Notes: generated by a model from the sequence alone, not told the origin. Numbered from the stretch's first letter, positions 1-9,269 are shown. The stretch is DNA of 64,000 bases from an uncultured bacterium (GCA_964576535.1 CAZNWB010000006.1:1088-65087), one strand, 5' to 3'. Made by a program: numbers and translations.

Positions 1-102
1 CTCCTCGAGTTCCTTTCCTGTGTGGATTACGTCTTGGTGGCTCTTGGTACCTCCATGCTCCTGATCGCTGGTGCAACCAAGGCTTGAAGAAGGAGTCGGC
101 CC

Positions 103-768
103 ATGAAATCCATCTTACGGGCGGGACAATTCCTGCGCCGGACGTTCAAGGATCCGCTGGACCTGGAGATCACAAGCAACCACAACCATGGCAGTCCGGG
201 CATGGAGCGCGGTTTCAGCATCAAGGCCAAGGGGCAGGAGATCGTGGGGATACGCCTGGGGGCGAACGGGCACATTCACCTCGCCGTGAAGATGCTCAGG
301 GCGAATCCCGTGTCCGTGGTCTGCTGCGGGGCCCAGACCATGCCAATCGTCGGTACTGATCCGGAGCGGAAGGCCGTAACCGTCGCCGGTCCCGGCGCCG
401 CGGATGGGCCGCACGCCGCCCCCCAGCGGAAAAGCAGTCCACAAGATGGCTCCGGAGAGGCGGGGGGGATCGAGAGCCCACGGGAACCGGAAGAGGCCCA
501 AGTGAGTGAAACCCATGAGCGGGTGACCGGCTGGATTACAGAAGGTCAGCGCGTGCTTGATTTTCTTCCCCGGCTCCTGGCTGAGCAGTGGGGGCTCGCC
601 GCCAAGGTCGAGGCGGCGGAGCGAAAGTGTCAGCGGCTGGAGGAGGGAAGCCGAGCGCTCCGAAGCGAAAACGACCACCTTCGAAAACAGCGGACTCGGC
701 TCGCAGAGACCCTTCGAACTCTGGCCAGGGAGCTATTCGTGGATTCGGGAAGCGGGAAACTTCATTAA
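103..768 (+). CDS. hypothetical protein with C-terminal coiled-coil-like region
   Basis: 221-aa ORF; ATG preceded by GAAGGAG; ends 7 nt before the receiver gene (operon-like); charged heptad-like C-terminus (AERKCQRLEEGSRALRSENDHLRKQRTRL); no family recognised. Confidence 0.45.
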   Translation: MKSILRAGQFLRRTFKDPLDLEITSNHNHGSPGMERGFSIKAKGQEIVGIRLGANGHIHLAVKMLRANPVSVVCCGAQTMPIVGTDPERKAVTVAGPGAADGPHAAPQRKSSPQDGSGEAGGIESPREPEEAQVSETHERVTGWITEGQRVLDFLPRLLAEQWGLAAKVEAAERKCQRLEEGSRALRSENDHLRKQRTRLAETLRTLARELFVDSGSGKLH

Positions 769-774
769 CGATCC

Positions 775-1206
775 ATGACGCAAAAGACCAACTCTTCAGA
801 CGGCGGGACGATTCTCGTGGTGGACGACCAGAGACTCGTCTGTGAGGGCATCCGGGGGATGCTGGAGGCCACCGGCTTCGCCGTCCTCACCGCCGAGAGT
901 GGCCGCACCGGGGTGACCCTCTTCCGCCGACACGCCAGCGCGATCCGAGCGGTGCTGCTGGACCTCAGGCTGCCCGGGGAGAACGCATCGGAGGTCTTCG
1001 ATGCGATGCGCCACCTACGGCCAGACGTCCCCATCATCCTCATCACCGGGACCCCAGAGGCAATCGCGAGGCAAGAGCTTGCCCGCCCCGGGCTGAGCGG
1101 CTTCCTCCAGAAGCCGTTCGACGTTGCGACGGCCATCCGAATCATTCGCGAGACCTTGCAGAAGGCACCCCCGGCCCGAGACACGAAGGGCTCCCCTGCG
1201 GGTTGA
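775..1206 (+). CDS. stand-alone response regulator receiver (CheY-like)
   Basis: 143 aa; ILVVDDQ, LLDLRLPG, ILITG and FLQKPF are canonical receiver-domain motifs; no output domain. Confidence 0.85.
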   Translation: MTQKTNSSDGGTILVVDDQRLVCEGIRGMLEATGFAVLTAESGRTGVTLFRRHASAIRAVLLDLRLPGENASEVFDAMRHLRPDVPIILITGTPEAIARQELARPGLSGFLQKPFDVATAIRIIRETLQKAPPARDTKGSPAG

Positions 1207-1438
1207 CAGGCTGTGCAAAATCGGTCGGCATGGCCCGGTGAATTTCGGCGGCGTGTAGCGAGCCCAGGCGGGCCTCTTTTCCCTTGCAATGCCTGGGGAT
1301 TCTGATACCTTCCTCCGAAACTCACGGCGGCCACCAAGAGACCAGGAGTCCGGCGGGCTGCTGCTTGCGGCATCCAAGGCCCTGGGTGTGGCTGTCCGCA
1401 GTCCGCCCAGGGTCTTGCTGTTCCCCCTCTAGGAAACC

Positions 1439-1816
1439 ATGACTGACTCCCCAGAGCGACGTAGGGCGGCACGGGTCTCCATCCCTGCTCGGCCCGGTGA
1501 TCGAGCACAGGCCATCCTGGAGATCCGTTTGGTTGACCTCAGCGTCACCGGGGCCCGCATCGAACACCTCGATCTCCTGCGGCCAGGCTCCTCCGTCATC
1601 GTCGAACTGCCAACTGCGATGAAGCCGCAGGCCCTCGGCGCACGGGTCGTCTGGAGCAAGGTCATGGGCGGTGAGCAGACGCCGGAGGGTGAGCGGCACC
1701 TCCATTATCAGAGCGGCCTGGCCTTCACCGGCCTCACGGCGGGCGAGACCCTCCTTTTGACGAACAGCCTGGAACAACTGACTGACAGCGGCGGCGGAGG
1801 CCGTGGCTCCCTGTGA
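1439..1816 (+). CDS. PilZ domain protein
   Basis: 125 aa; RRAAR (RxxxR) followed by DLSVTGARI (D/NxSxxG), the c-di-GMP-binding PilZ signature. Confidence 0.75.
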   Translation: MTDSPERRRAARVSIPARPGDRAQAILEIRLVDLSVTGARIEHLDLLRPGSSVIVELPTAMKPQALGARVVWSKVMGGEQTPEGERHLHYQSGLAFTGLTAGETLLLTNSLEQLTDSGGGGRGSL

Positions 1817-1869
1817 GGGGGGCGTGCAGGCGGTTGGAGCTCCCAAGGCATGGTTGGAGGCGCGGCGGC

Positions 1870-2403
1870 ATGACGCCAATCGAACTGCGGTGTGAGACCT
1901 GCAGTGTCCAAAAGACCCTGACCTCCCGCGAGGTGGAAGAATTCGTCGCGGCGTTCCAGCAGGGGAACACAGAGCGGCTCCGATGCCTGACCTGCGGGAC
2001 GAGCTTGTCCAGACCGCTCCAGCGGGCCCTCGACCTACCCCCGCAGCAGGCCCCCCAAACGTCCGTGATCCAGACGCGGCGACGCCATGTGCGGCTCCCG
2101 GTAGACTTGCCTGCGGGCTACCAGCGGCCAGACGGCGAGCAGGGCTGGGGTCGGGTGAAGAATCTCAGCGACGGGGGCCTGCTCCTGTTTGCCCACGAGC
2201 CCCTGCCCCCATCCACGAGCCTGCGCCTGCAGCTCCACGCCCATCACGGGGTGCGTTCCTTTGAAGGGGTCGTGGTGTGGAACGCCGCGGGACCGGGGGC
2301 CGGTAAATCCCCCGTCGCCCATGGAATCCACTTCACCAGCCCGGTGAGCGAGGGATTCGCCGTGGAGCTGTTTCTCTCCGAATCCTTCCCTCACCAGGGC
2401 TAG
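1870..2403 (+). CDS. zinc-ribbon-like + PilZ domain protein
   Basis: ATG 1870 with GGAGG 8 nt upstream (track ORF opens at 1813); N-terminal CETC...CLTC pair, then PilZ motifs RRRHVR and NLSDGGLL. Confidence 0.7.
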   Translation: MTPIELRCETCSVQKTLTSREVEEFVAAFQQGNTERLRCLTCGTSLSRPLQRALDLPPQQAPQTSVIQTRRRHVRLPVDLPAGYQRPDGEQGWGRVKNLSDGGLLLFAHEPLPPSTSLRLQLHAHHGVRSFEGVVVWNAAGPGAGKSPVAHGIHFTSPVSEGFAVELFLSESFPHQG

Positions 2404-2469
2404 AAATGCGGGGCGAGGGGCCGGGGTACGAGAGTCCGGCGTCGTTTCGGCGGCAGATGGGACACAAGA

Positions 2470-3027
2470 GTGCATAGAAGAGGAGCACGGACGTTCCTGA
2501 AGTGCGTCATAGCAGTCCTGTTGCTGGCCGTCCTGCTCTCCGGATGCGGGCCTTCGCAGGCCGAGCGGCACGCAGCGTGGCTGCAGGCCTTTCAGATGGA
2601 TCTGGATACCACCCACGACAAGTGGGAGGCCGACGTCGCCCGCAAGTGGTTCAGAAATAATGCCGAGGCCTTGCGGGAGTTGAACGCTCGGTATGAGCAG
2701 GTGTACGCCCGCTGGTTGATGCGCGTTGACCCCCTGAGTCAAGCGATCCTGTCCTACACCGTCGCCTTGGGAAACCGGGTGGACCGGGGGGAAGTAAGCC
2801 GGGAGGAGGCACAGCGGATCCACGAAAAGTTGAAGGCGGACATTACCCTTGGAAGGCAGGCACTCACACAGGACGCGAACCAAACCCAGCGCGATGCCGC
2901 CATGCTCCAGTGGTGGGAAGCCTACTGGAGCCGCCAGCGCGAGACCTACCAAGCCACGCCAGGCAATCCCATAGACTGTAGGGTTACTTCGGACGAGGCT
3001 CGGGGCATTCTGATCCAGTGCGATTGA
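2470..3027 (+). CDS. hypothetical lipoprotein
   Basis: GTG start; N-terminus KCVIAVLLLAVLLSGC = signal peptide plus lipobox; no family recognised. Confidence 0.6.
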   Translation: MHRRGARTFLKCVIAVLLLAVLLSGCGPSQAERHAAWLQAFQMDLDTTHDKWEADVARKWFRNNAEALRELNARYEQVYARWLMRVDPLSQAILSYTVALGNRVDRGEVSREEAQRIHEKLKADITLGRQALTQDANQTQRDAAMLQWWEAYWSRQRETYQATPGNPIDCRVTSDEARGILIQCD

Positions 3028-3321
3028 TCTTGGAAGAGGAAACGGACACCGTGACAAAGGTTCCGGGCACCTTCTTCGCTCCGAGTGGTTAATTTTTCGC
3101 TGGGCCGTTTTCCACTTCTTTGAATCAATACTCAGTCTAGTGAGTGTCCACTCTCTAAGAAGACCCACCCTCTCACCCGCCCTACTGCCCGCGGACGCCG
3201 TTCGAGAACCCAGACGATAACCTCGAAGAGCCAACCATTGGAAATCGCCTCACCAGGAGCGGAATGCAGAACGGCAGCCTTGACAGGGTCGGGCAAGTGT
3301 GCGACCGTTTTTGCAACAGTA

Positions 3322-3447
3322 AGCTATCAGCCTTCAGCGGTCAGCGATCAGCTCTTGGACGAAGAGAACTGGGTACCCTGCGTGGAAAGGGCGTTCGAGG
3401 GGTCCGCGGAATCGGTAGCTGATAGCTGACGGCTGACCGCTGAGAGC
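3322..3447. repeat. stutter palindrome (word TCAGC/GCTGA)
   Basis: left arm 3322-3353 = 4 tandem nnTCAGC units; right arm 3417-3447 = 4 tandem GCTGAnn units; 63-nt spacer; ends 23 nt before the uvrC ATG. Confidence 0.85.
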
Positions 3448-3469
3448 CAGCCAGTTCTTGGGCATACGC

Positions 3470-5260
3470 ATGGACCTTCAGGAGAAGATTCGCAGCCTGC
3501 CGGACGCGCCGGGGGTGTACCTGTTCAAGGACGCCCGGGGGGAGCACCTCTACATCGGCAAGGCAGTCTCCCTCCGCAAGCGGGTCCAGTCGTACTTCAC
3601 CGACCGCGACTTCGGCTACGACGCCGAGCGCCTCAGAACAATGGTGGGGCAGATCGCCGACGTGGAGTTCCTGCTCACCGCCAACGAGCTGGAGGCGCTG
3701 ATCCTCGAAAGCAACCTCATCAAGCAGCGGCGGCCGCGCTACAACATCGTTCTCAGGGACGACAAGCACTACCCCTTCATCCGCCTGAACCTCAAGGACC
3801 CGTTCCCCGCCCTGCAGGTGACCCGCCGGATCAAGAACGACGGCGCCCTCTACTTCGGCCCCTATGTCCCGGCCGGGACCATGTGGAACCTCCTCGCGCT
3901 GATCAACCGGACCTTTCCCCTGCGGACGTGCCGCAGCATCGCCGGGCGCACGCTGTGCCTCGAGTATCACCTGGGTCGCTGCCTGGGCCCGTGCGAGGGC
4001 CTGGTGACACAGAAGGACTACGCGGAGATCGTCCAGAAGGTGCGGCTCGTCCTGGAGGGGAAGGACCAAGAGGTCGTCCGGCAGATGGAGGGGCAGATGC
4101 GCCAGGCGGCGGACCGACTGGAGTACGAGCGGGCCGCCAAGATCCGGGATCGGATCGAGACCCTCCGGGATGCGACGGAGAATCAGCGGGTGATCTCGGC
4201 CCGGGGCGAGGACCAGGACATCTTCGGCCTCGCCCAGGAGGGAAGCGAGGTCCAGGTGCAGCTTCTCGTGGTCCGGGGCGGGCAGCTCATCGGGCGAGAT
4301 AGCTTTGTCTTCGAGGGTGTGGCCTCCGGCGGTGCCCCGGAACTGTTGAGTTCGCTCCTGGCCCAGTACTACCTGGGGTCCCGCTACATTCCGAAGACGA
4401 TCCTGACCTCGCACCTGCCATCGGATGCGGACCTTTTGGCGGCCATGCTGTCGGGGCGGGCGAAACGCCAGGTGGAGATCCGGGTGCCCGAGCGGGGACC
4501 CAAGGCCCACCTGGTGGAGATGGCGGTGGGGAACGCCCAGGCCCTCTTGGCCCAGAGCCTCACATCGGCCGCGTCCCGCGAGAAGGCCATGGTAGAGGTG
4601 CAGGACGCACTCGCTCTTCCCGGCCCTCCGCGGCGGATCGAGTGCACGGACATCTCCAACATCTCCGGCGTCCTGGCGGTCGGGTCACTGGTCACCTTTG
4701 TGGACGGGCGGCCGCACCGGCAAGAGTACAAGCGGTTCCGGATTCAGAGCGTGCTGGGGGCCGACGACTACGCCATGCTGCGCGAGGTGCTCCAGCGCCG
4801 GTTTGCCAAGAAGGAGTGGCCGCTCCCCGACCTCTTGCTGATTGACGGGGGACGCGGGCAGCTCAACGTGGGGATCCTGGCGGCGAAGGAGGCTGGGCTG
4901 GCGGACCTGCCGGTGGCCAGTCTGGCCAAGGAAGAAGAGCTGGTGTTTCGCCCGGGCCGACCGGAACCGATCCGGCTCCCGGATGGATCGCGGGGCAAGC
5001 ACCTGCTTCAGCAGGTGCGGGACGAGACACACCGGTTCGCCCTGACGTACCATCGAAGCCTGCGGGGAAAGAGCGGCATGCGGTCCATCCTGGATGAGAT
5101 CCCGGGGATCGGGCCGCGGCGGAAGCGCGTGCTCCTGCAGCGGTTCGGGAGCCTGAAGCGCCTGCGGGCCGCCTCGCTGGAGGAACTCACGACGGTGGGG
5201 GGCCTTCCCCCTCGTATCGCCGAGGCGACCCACCGCCTCCTAAGTGCTGCGGCCGATTAA
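3470..5260 (+). CDS. uvrC: excinuclease ABC subunit C
   Basis: GIY-YIG N-terminus (GVYLFKDARGEHLYIGKAVSLRKRV), UVR-type helix (LEYERAAKIRDRIETL), C-terminal HhH region; ~596 aa from ATG 3470 (ORF opens at TTG 3458). Confidence 0.95.
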   Translation: MDLQEKIRSLPDAPGVYLFKDARGEHLYIGKAVSLRKRVQSYFTDRDFGYDAERLRTMVGQIADVEFLLTANELEALILESNLIKQRRPRYNIVLRDDKHYPFIRLNLKDPFPALQVTRRIKNDGALYFGPYVPAGTMWNLLALINRTFPLRTCRSIAGRTLCLEYHLGRCLGPCEGLVTQKDYAEIVQKVRLVLEGKDQEVVRQMEGQMRQAADRLEYERAAKIRDRIETLRDATENQRVISARGEDQDIFGLAQEGSEVQVQLLVVRGGQLIGRDSFVFEGVASGGAPELLSSLLAQYYLGSRYIPKTILTSHLPSDADLLAAMLSGRAKRQVEIRVPERGPKAHLVEMAVGNAQALLAQSLTSAASREKAMVEVQDALALPGPPRRIECTDISNISGVLAVGSLVTFVDGRPHRQEYKRFRIQSVLGADDYAMLREVLQRRFAKKEWPLPDLLLIDGGRGQLNVGILAAKEAGLADLPVASLAKEEELVFRPGRPEPIRLPDGSRGKHLLQQVRDETHRFALTYHRSLRGKSGMRSILDEIPGIGPRRKRVLLQRFGSLKRLRAASLEELTTVGGLPPRIAEATHRLLSAAAD

Positions 5261-5272
5261 ACCCAAGCATCG

Positions 5273-5429
5273 CACCGCAAAGCTCGCAAAGGTCGCAAAG
5301 GTCCGCCAAGTTTCAACAACCTGAGGCCGGCGCATGGGCCAAAATACTCCGGTATGCTCCGGGCGTTTTTTCCCCACCGTCACTTTGGATATGAGGGATT
5401 TCTTTGCGGCCTTGGCGACCTTGGCGGTG
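5273..5429. repeat. stutter palindrome (words CGCAAAG/CCAAG)
   Basis: left arm 5273-5310 = 4 units (CCGCAAAG, TCGCAAAG, TCGCAAAG, CCGCCAAG); right arm 5402-5429 = CTTTGCGG, CTTGGCGA, CTTGGCGG; 91-nt spacer; starts 13 nt after the uvrC stop. Confidence 0.85.
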
Positions 5430-5478
5430 AAAAATCCGGTTTCATTCCGAAGGTCTTGAACGAAGAACGGGAGGCAAG

Positions 5479-5874
5479 ATGAAGCGCGAGGCGGTACGAA
5501 CCGACAGGGCACCGAAGGCGATCGGTCCCTACGAGCAGGCGCTGAAGGTTGACGGGTGGGTGTTCACGTCCGGCCAGATCCCCCTAGACCCCAAGACCGG
5601 CGCCATGGTGGAGGGGGGCATCGGCGCCCAGACCCGGCAGGTGCTGGACAATCTCCGGGCTGTGCTGGAGGCGGCCGGGACCTCGATGAGTCGGGTCGTG
5701 AAGACCACGGTGTACATGGCCAACCTTGCGGACTTCCAGAAGATGAACGAGGTCTACGCCGAGTACTTCCCGCAGGACAAACCCGCCCGCTCCACCGTCG
5801 GTGTCGCGGCCCTGCCGCGCGGGGCCATGATCGAGATCGACGTCGTGGCCCAAACCCCGCTGCGCGGGGAATGA
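5479..5874 (+). CDS. RidA/YjgF family reactive-intermediate deaminase
   Basis: 131 aa; APKAIGPYEQA, FTSGQIPLDP and ARSTVGVAALPRGAMIEIDVVA match the RidA family pattern. Confidence 0.9.
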   Translation: MKREAVRTDRAPKAIGPYEQALKVDGWVFTSGQIPLDPKTGAMVEGGIGAQTRQVLDNLRAVLEAAGTSMSRVVKTTVYMANLADFQKMNEVYAEYFPQDKPARSTVGVAALPRGAMIEIDVVAQTPLRGE

Positions 5875-5983
5875 AAAACCGACAACTGACAACGGACAAC
5901 CGGCCATTGTAATTGACCGGTTTTGAGTTGTCGGTTGTCGGTTTTCAATTGGTGTGGTCAGTTGTCCGTTGTCTGTTTTTCAC
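5873..5983. repeat. stutter palindrome (word GACAAC/GTTGTC)
   Basis: 5873-5903 = 3 x nGACAAC; 5921-5946 and 5957-5983 each hold 2 x GTTGTCn; followed by GC hairpin GCCCCGCG-tct-CGCGGGGC (5986-6004); between convergent genes. Confidence 0.85.
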
Positions 5984-6003
5984 TGGCCCCGCGTCTCGCG
6001 GGG

Positions 6004-8319
6004 CTACTTGATAGCCACCGCCTTGACCTGCTTGAAGTCGGTCCAGCCCTGCACTACCTTGATGACCCCGTCCTGGACCAGGGTGGTCATCCCCTGATCC
6101 CGGGCAACCTTCAAGAGTTCTTCGGCCGTCGCGCGCTTCTGGATCATCCGCTTGATCTCATCGGTCCCGATCAGCAGCTCGTGCAGGCCCGTCCGCCCCC
6201 GCAATCCGGTGTTCTTGCACGCCTCGCACCCCTTGCCCCGGTAGAGCACGAAGCTGTCGTCGTACGTGTAGCCGAGCCCGGCGAAGGCCTCTTCCCCATA
6301 GGCGTGGGCCAGCTCCTCGAAGGCCTCCGTCCCCGGGTGGAACTTTTCCTTGCAATCCTTGCAGACGGTCTTGCACAGGCGCTGGGCCAGCACCCCCAGC
6401 AGGGCATCGGCGAAGTTGAAGGGGTCCATCCCCATTTCCAGCAGGCGGGTGACCGTCTCCACCGCGCTGTTGGTGTGCAGGGTGCTGAAGACCAGGTGGC
6501 CGGTGAGGGAGGCCTCGATCCCGGTCTCGGCCGTCTCCTTGTCCCGCATCTCGCCCACCATGATCACGTCGGGATCGGCGCGCAGGAAGGACCGCATGGC
6601 CGCCGCGAAGGTGAGGCCGATCTTCGGCTGGACCTGGAGCTGCCGCAGCCCGTACTGGGTGATCTCGACCGGGTCCTCGGCGGTCCAGATCTTCCGCACG
6701 GGGGTGTTGATGTCGCCCAGGATGGCGTGCAGGGTGGTGGTCTTGCCCGACCCGGTGGGTCCGACGCACAGGATGATCCCGTAGGGTTTGGCCGCGATGT
6801 CCTTGATCTCGCGCAGGTTCCGCTCGGATATGTTCAGCCGGTCCAGGGGCAGCGGCTCGCTGGCCGCCAGGATGCGCATCACCACGTCCTCGTTGAAGCC
6901 GGCGGTGGGCACGGTGGCGACGCGCAGCTCGATCTCCTTGTTGCCCGCCAGGAACTTGATCTTGCCGTCCTGGGGCTTCCGCTTCTCGGCGATGTCCAGC
7001 CGCGACATGATCTTGTACCGGGAGACCAGCGCGCGCCGGTAGGCGGGCGGGATCTTCTGGTACTCGAAGCAGCTCCCGTCCACCCGGAAACGGACCACCG
7101 TCTCCCGCTTGTCGGAGTACGGTTCGATGTGGATGTCGGAGGCCCCCTGCTTGTAAGCGTCCATGATGATCTGGTGGGCCAGCCGGACGATGATGCTGTC
7201 GTTCTCGTCCACGGCCGAGGTGCTGGCCTCTTCCCGCTTCTCCTGCTCGGCCTCGCTCACCAGCTCGCCCATGATCTCGGCAATGGAGCCCCCGCCCGTC
7301 AGGAGGCCCGTCTCGCCACTCGGGGCGAGGAGGAACTGGAGGATATCGCGGCGCAGCCCCACGGCGAAATGGACGGTGCGGCCGATGAAGATCCGCTGGA
7401 TGTCCTGGACGCGTTCCAGGCTGTTGGGGTCGTCGATGAGGACCTGGACCCCGTCCTTGTCCCGCTTCAGCGGGATCCAGTAGTTCTTCTTCAGGTAGTC
7501 CAGGTTGAGGGTCTTGAGCAGGTCTGGATCGATGGTCGTTCGCCCGTCATACTCAACGAAGGGGCACCGGTAGAACTGGCCCAGGGACATGCCGATCTCC
7601 GCCTTGGGGACCTTGTACCTGTCCAGCAGGAGGGTTTCGACATCCGTCTGGCCCCTGCGGGCCTCGGCGATGGCGGCGTCCAGCTCGGCCTGGGTGATCC
7701 GGTTGTTGGCCACCAGGTAGTCGAACTTCGTCGGGGTCTTGCGGGCCAGCTTGAGCTGGGTGTGAAAGGCGATCCCCAGCATCCGGGCGATCTCGACGAC
7801 CGAGTCCTCGTCCTTCTTGGTGAACCGCCCGCCACTCTTCTTGTTGACGAGCTGGATGATGCCCACCAGGTACTTGTTCTCGGCCACGATCGGATAGGTC
7901 AGGATCTGCTTGGTGTGGAAGCCGCTCTTCTTGTCCCAGGAGCTGTCGAAGCCCAGGGCGGGGCTGATGCTGCTGAGCTCGACCCGGTTATAGGCGTCGC
8001 CGATGTTGAGGGGCCGGCGGTACTTGGCCACAAATCCGGCGAGGCTCTGCTCGCTGATGGGAACCCGGATTACCTTGATCCCGTCGATGTCCGGGAATTT
8101 GGAATAGATCTCCTTTCGCTCGGCATCCACGGCGTACAGCGTGATCCGCTCCGCATCGAAGACCCCGAGGATCTCGTCCTGCAGGTCCACCAGGATGTGA
8201 TCCAGGTCCTTGGCGGAGTGGATCTGGTTGGCGATGTGCTTGACGTGCTCGGCATACGCGACCTTCTGCTGAAGTTCCTGCAGGGTCTCGGGTGGGACCG
8301 TGGCCGTCGTGGGCTGCAT
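6004..8319 (-). CDS. GAF domain-containing GspE/PilB-family secretion ATPase
   Basis: 771 aa; Walker A GPTGSGKTTT, Walker B DPDVIMVGEMRD, His box TGHLVFSTLHTN, tetra-Cys CKDCK...CEACKNTG; N-terminal GAF-like region plus T2SSE_N-like domain. Confidence 0.9.
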   Translation of the reverse strand: MQPTTATVPPETLQELQQKVAYAEHVKHIANQIHSAKDLDHILVDLQDEILGVFDAERITLYAVDAERKEIYSKFPDIDGIKVIRVPISEQSLAGFVAKYRRPLNIGDAYNRVELSSISPALGFDSSWDKKSGFHTKQILTYPIVAENKYLVGIIQLVNKKSGGRFTKKDEDSVVEIARMLGIAFHTQLKLARKTPTKFDYLVANNRITQAELDAAIAEARRGQTDVETLLLDRYKVPKAEIGMSLGQFYRCPFVEYDGRTTIDPDLLKTLNLDYLKKNYWIPLKRDKDGVQVLIDDPNSLERVQDIQRIFIGRTVHFAVGLRRDILQFLLAPSGETGLLTGGGSIAEIMGELVSEAEQEKREEASTSAVDENDSIIVRLAHQIIMDAYKQGASDIHIEPYSDKRETVVRFRVDGSCFEYQKIPPAYRRALVSRYKIMSRLDIAEKRKPQDGKIKFLAGNKEIELRVATVPTAGFNEDVVMRILAASEPLPLDRLNISERNLREIKDIAAKPYGIILCVGPTGSGKTTTLHAILGDINTPVRKIWTAEDPVEITQYGLRQLQVQPKIGLTFAAAMRSFLRADPDVIMVGEMRDKETAETGIEASLTGHLVFSTLHTNSAVETVTRLLEMGMDPFNFADALLGVLAQRLCKTVCKDCKEKFHPGTEAFEELAHAYGEEAFAGLGYTYDDSFVLYRGKGCEACKNTGLRGRTGLHELLIGTDEIKRMIQKRATAEELLKVARDQGMTTLVQDGVIKVVQGWTDFKQVKAVAIK

Positions 8320-8657
8320 GGGAACGCCTCCACAAACATCCCCGGGCGGGAAACGCCAGGAGAGGAGGGGCCTCCTCCCTGTCTGGTCCGCGGGATCCGG
8401 GTTTACGAAGGGACGCTCTGGGGGTGCCCGGCCCGGCAGAAGACCCCTGTGGGCCGGGTGCGGCCAAGCCTATTCCGGATCGCGCGGCAAGGCAAGTTGA
8501 AAGAGGAGGCCGGGAATCCGCCTGGACTGGTCCAGGAAGCCGTCATCGAATGGGGAACCGTCCGCGCCCGTCAGTTGTTCTTGACGGGTGGGGGTTGGCA
8601 GGGTAGGTTCTGCCGTCTTACCGGCCATTCACACATTCAGCCAAAGGAGGAGAGACC

Positions 8658-8903
8658 GTGAAGAAGCTTGCACTTGTTGCCGTGGTTGCAGCGCTCGTCC
8701 TGGCGGTGGGGGCTCCGGCCTATGCTTTCACGTGCCCGGCCCTGATCCGGCAGGCGAACGAGCAGATGGCCAAGATGGACCAGAATAGCGACAAGATCGT
8801 GAAGGCCAAGGCCCTGGTCGAGGAAGCCGACAAGCTGCACAAGGCCGGGAACCACGATGAGTCGACGAAGAAGGCCAGGGAGGCCCTGGACACCCTGAAG
8901 TAA
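8658..8903 (+). CDS. small secreted protein, unknown function
   Basis: 81 aa; GTG start with AAGGAGGAG upstream; signal peptide (ALVLAVGAPAYA); charged helical remainder; strong terminator downstream. Confidence 0.55.
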   Translation: MKKLALVAVVAALVLAVGAPAYAFTCPALIRQANEQMAKMDQNSDKIVKAKALVEEADKLHKAGNHDESTKKAREALDTLK

Positions 8904-8929
8904 CCGTCCCGAAACGCGGGGCCAGAACC

Positions 8930-8970
8930 GACGGGCCACCCGGAAGCAATCCGGGTGGCCCGTCGTGTTT
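8930..8970 (+). terminator. hairpin terminator
   Basis: perfect 14-bp stem GACGGGCCACCCGG/CCGGGTGGCCCGTC, 7-nt loop, then GTGTTTC; 27 nt after the stop at 8903. Confidence 0.6.
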
Positions 8971-9181
8971 CGGGGCCGGGCGGCCCACCCCCGGCTTCCC
9001 CCAACGACATCCCTTGCCCGGTTGTCGGCCTGCGTCGAGCTCAGGCGAGACGTTGTCAGTTGTGCATTGGCGCACCCGGCGCGCATCCCCGGGCGCCAAG
9101 AAAGTGGTGGACCCCGCCCTTCGGGGTGTGGTATGTAAAAACCCTCTTGCGAGCCGCCACGGTCCGTGGTGAACGTCGCGC

Positions 9182-9258
9182 GGGCGCTTAGCTCAGCTGG
9201 TTAGAGCGCCGTCTTCACACGGCGGAGGTCACTGGTTCGATCCCAGTAGCGCCCACCA
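9182..9258 (+). tRNA. tRNA-Val (anticodon CAC)
   Basis: cloverleaf read by eye: acceptor GGGCGCT/AGCGCCC, D arm GCTC-AGCTGGTTA-GAGC, anticodon stem CCGTC/GGCGG with loop TTCACAC, T arm ACTGG-TTCGATC-CCAGT, encoded CCA. Confidence 0.95.
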
Positions 9259-9269
9259 AGGAAGATGGA

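Noticed and set aside
8596-8613. sigma54-like TGGCAG...TTCTGC upstream of the small secreted protein
   Set aside because: The GG-to-GC spacing is 3 nt too long for a -24/-12 promoter.
5923-8661. 912-aa ORF on the plus strand
   Set aside because: It runs entirely antisense to the well-supported GspE-like gene. The product is a low-complexity Gly/Leu/Asp/Pro/Arg string typical of high-GC shadow frames, and it starts inside a repeat element.
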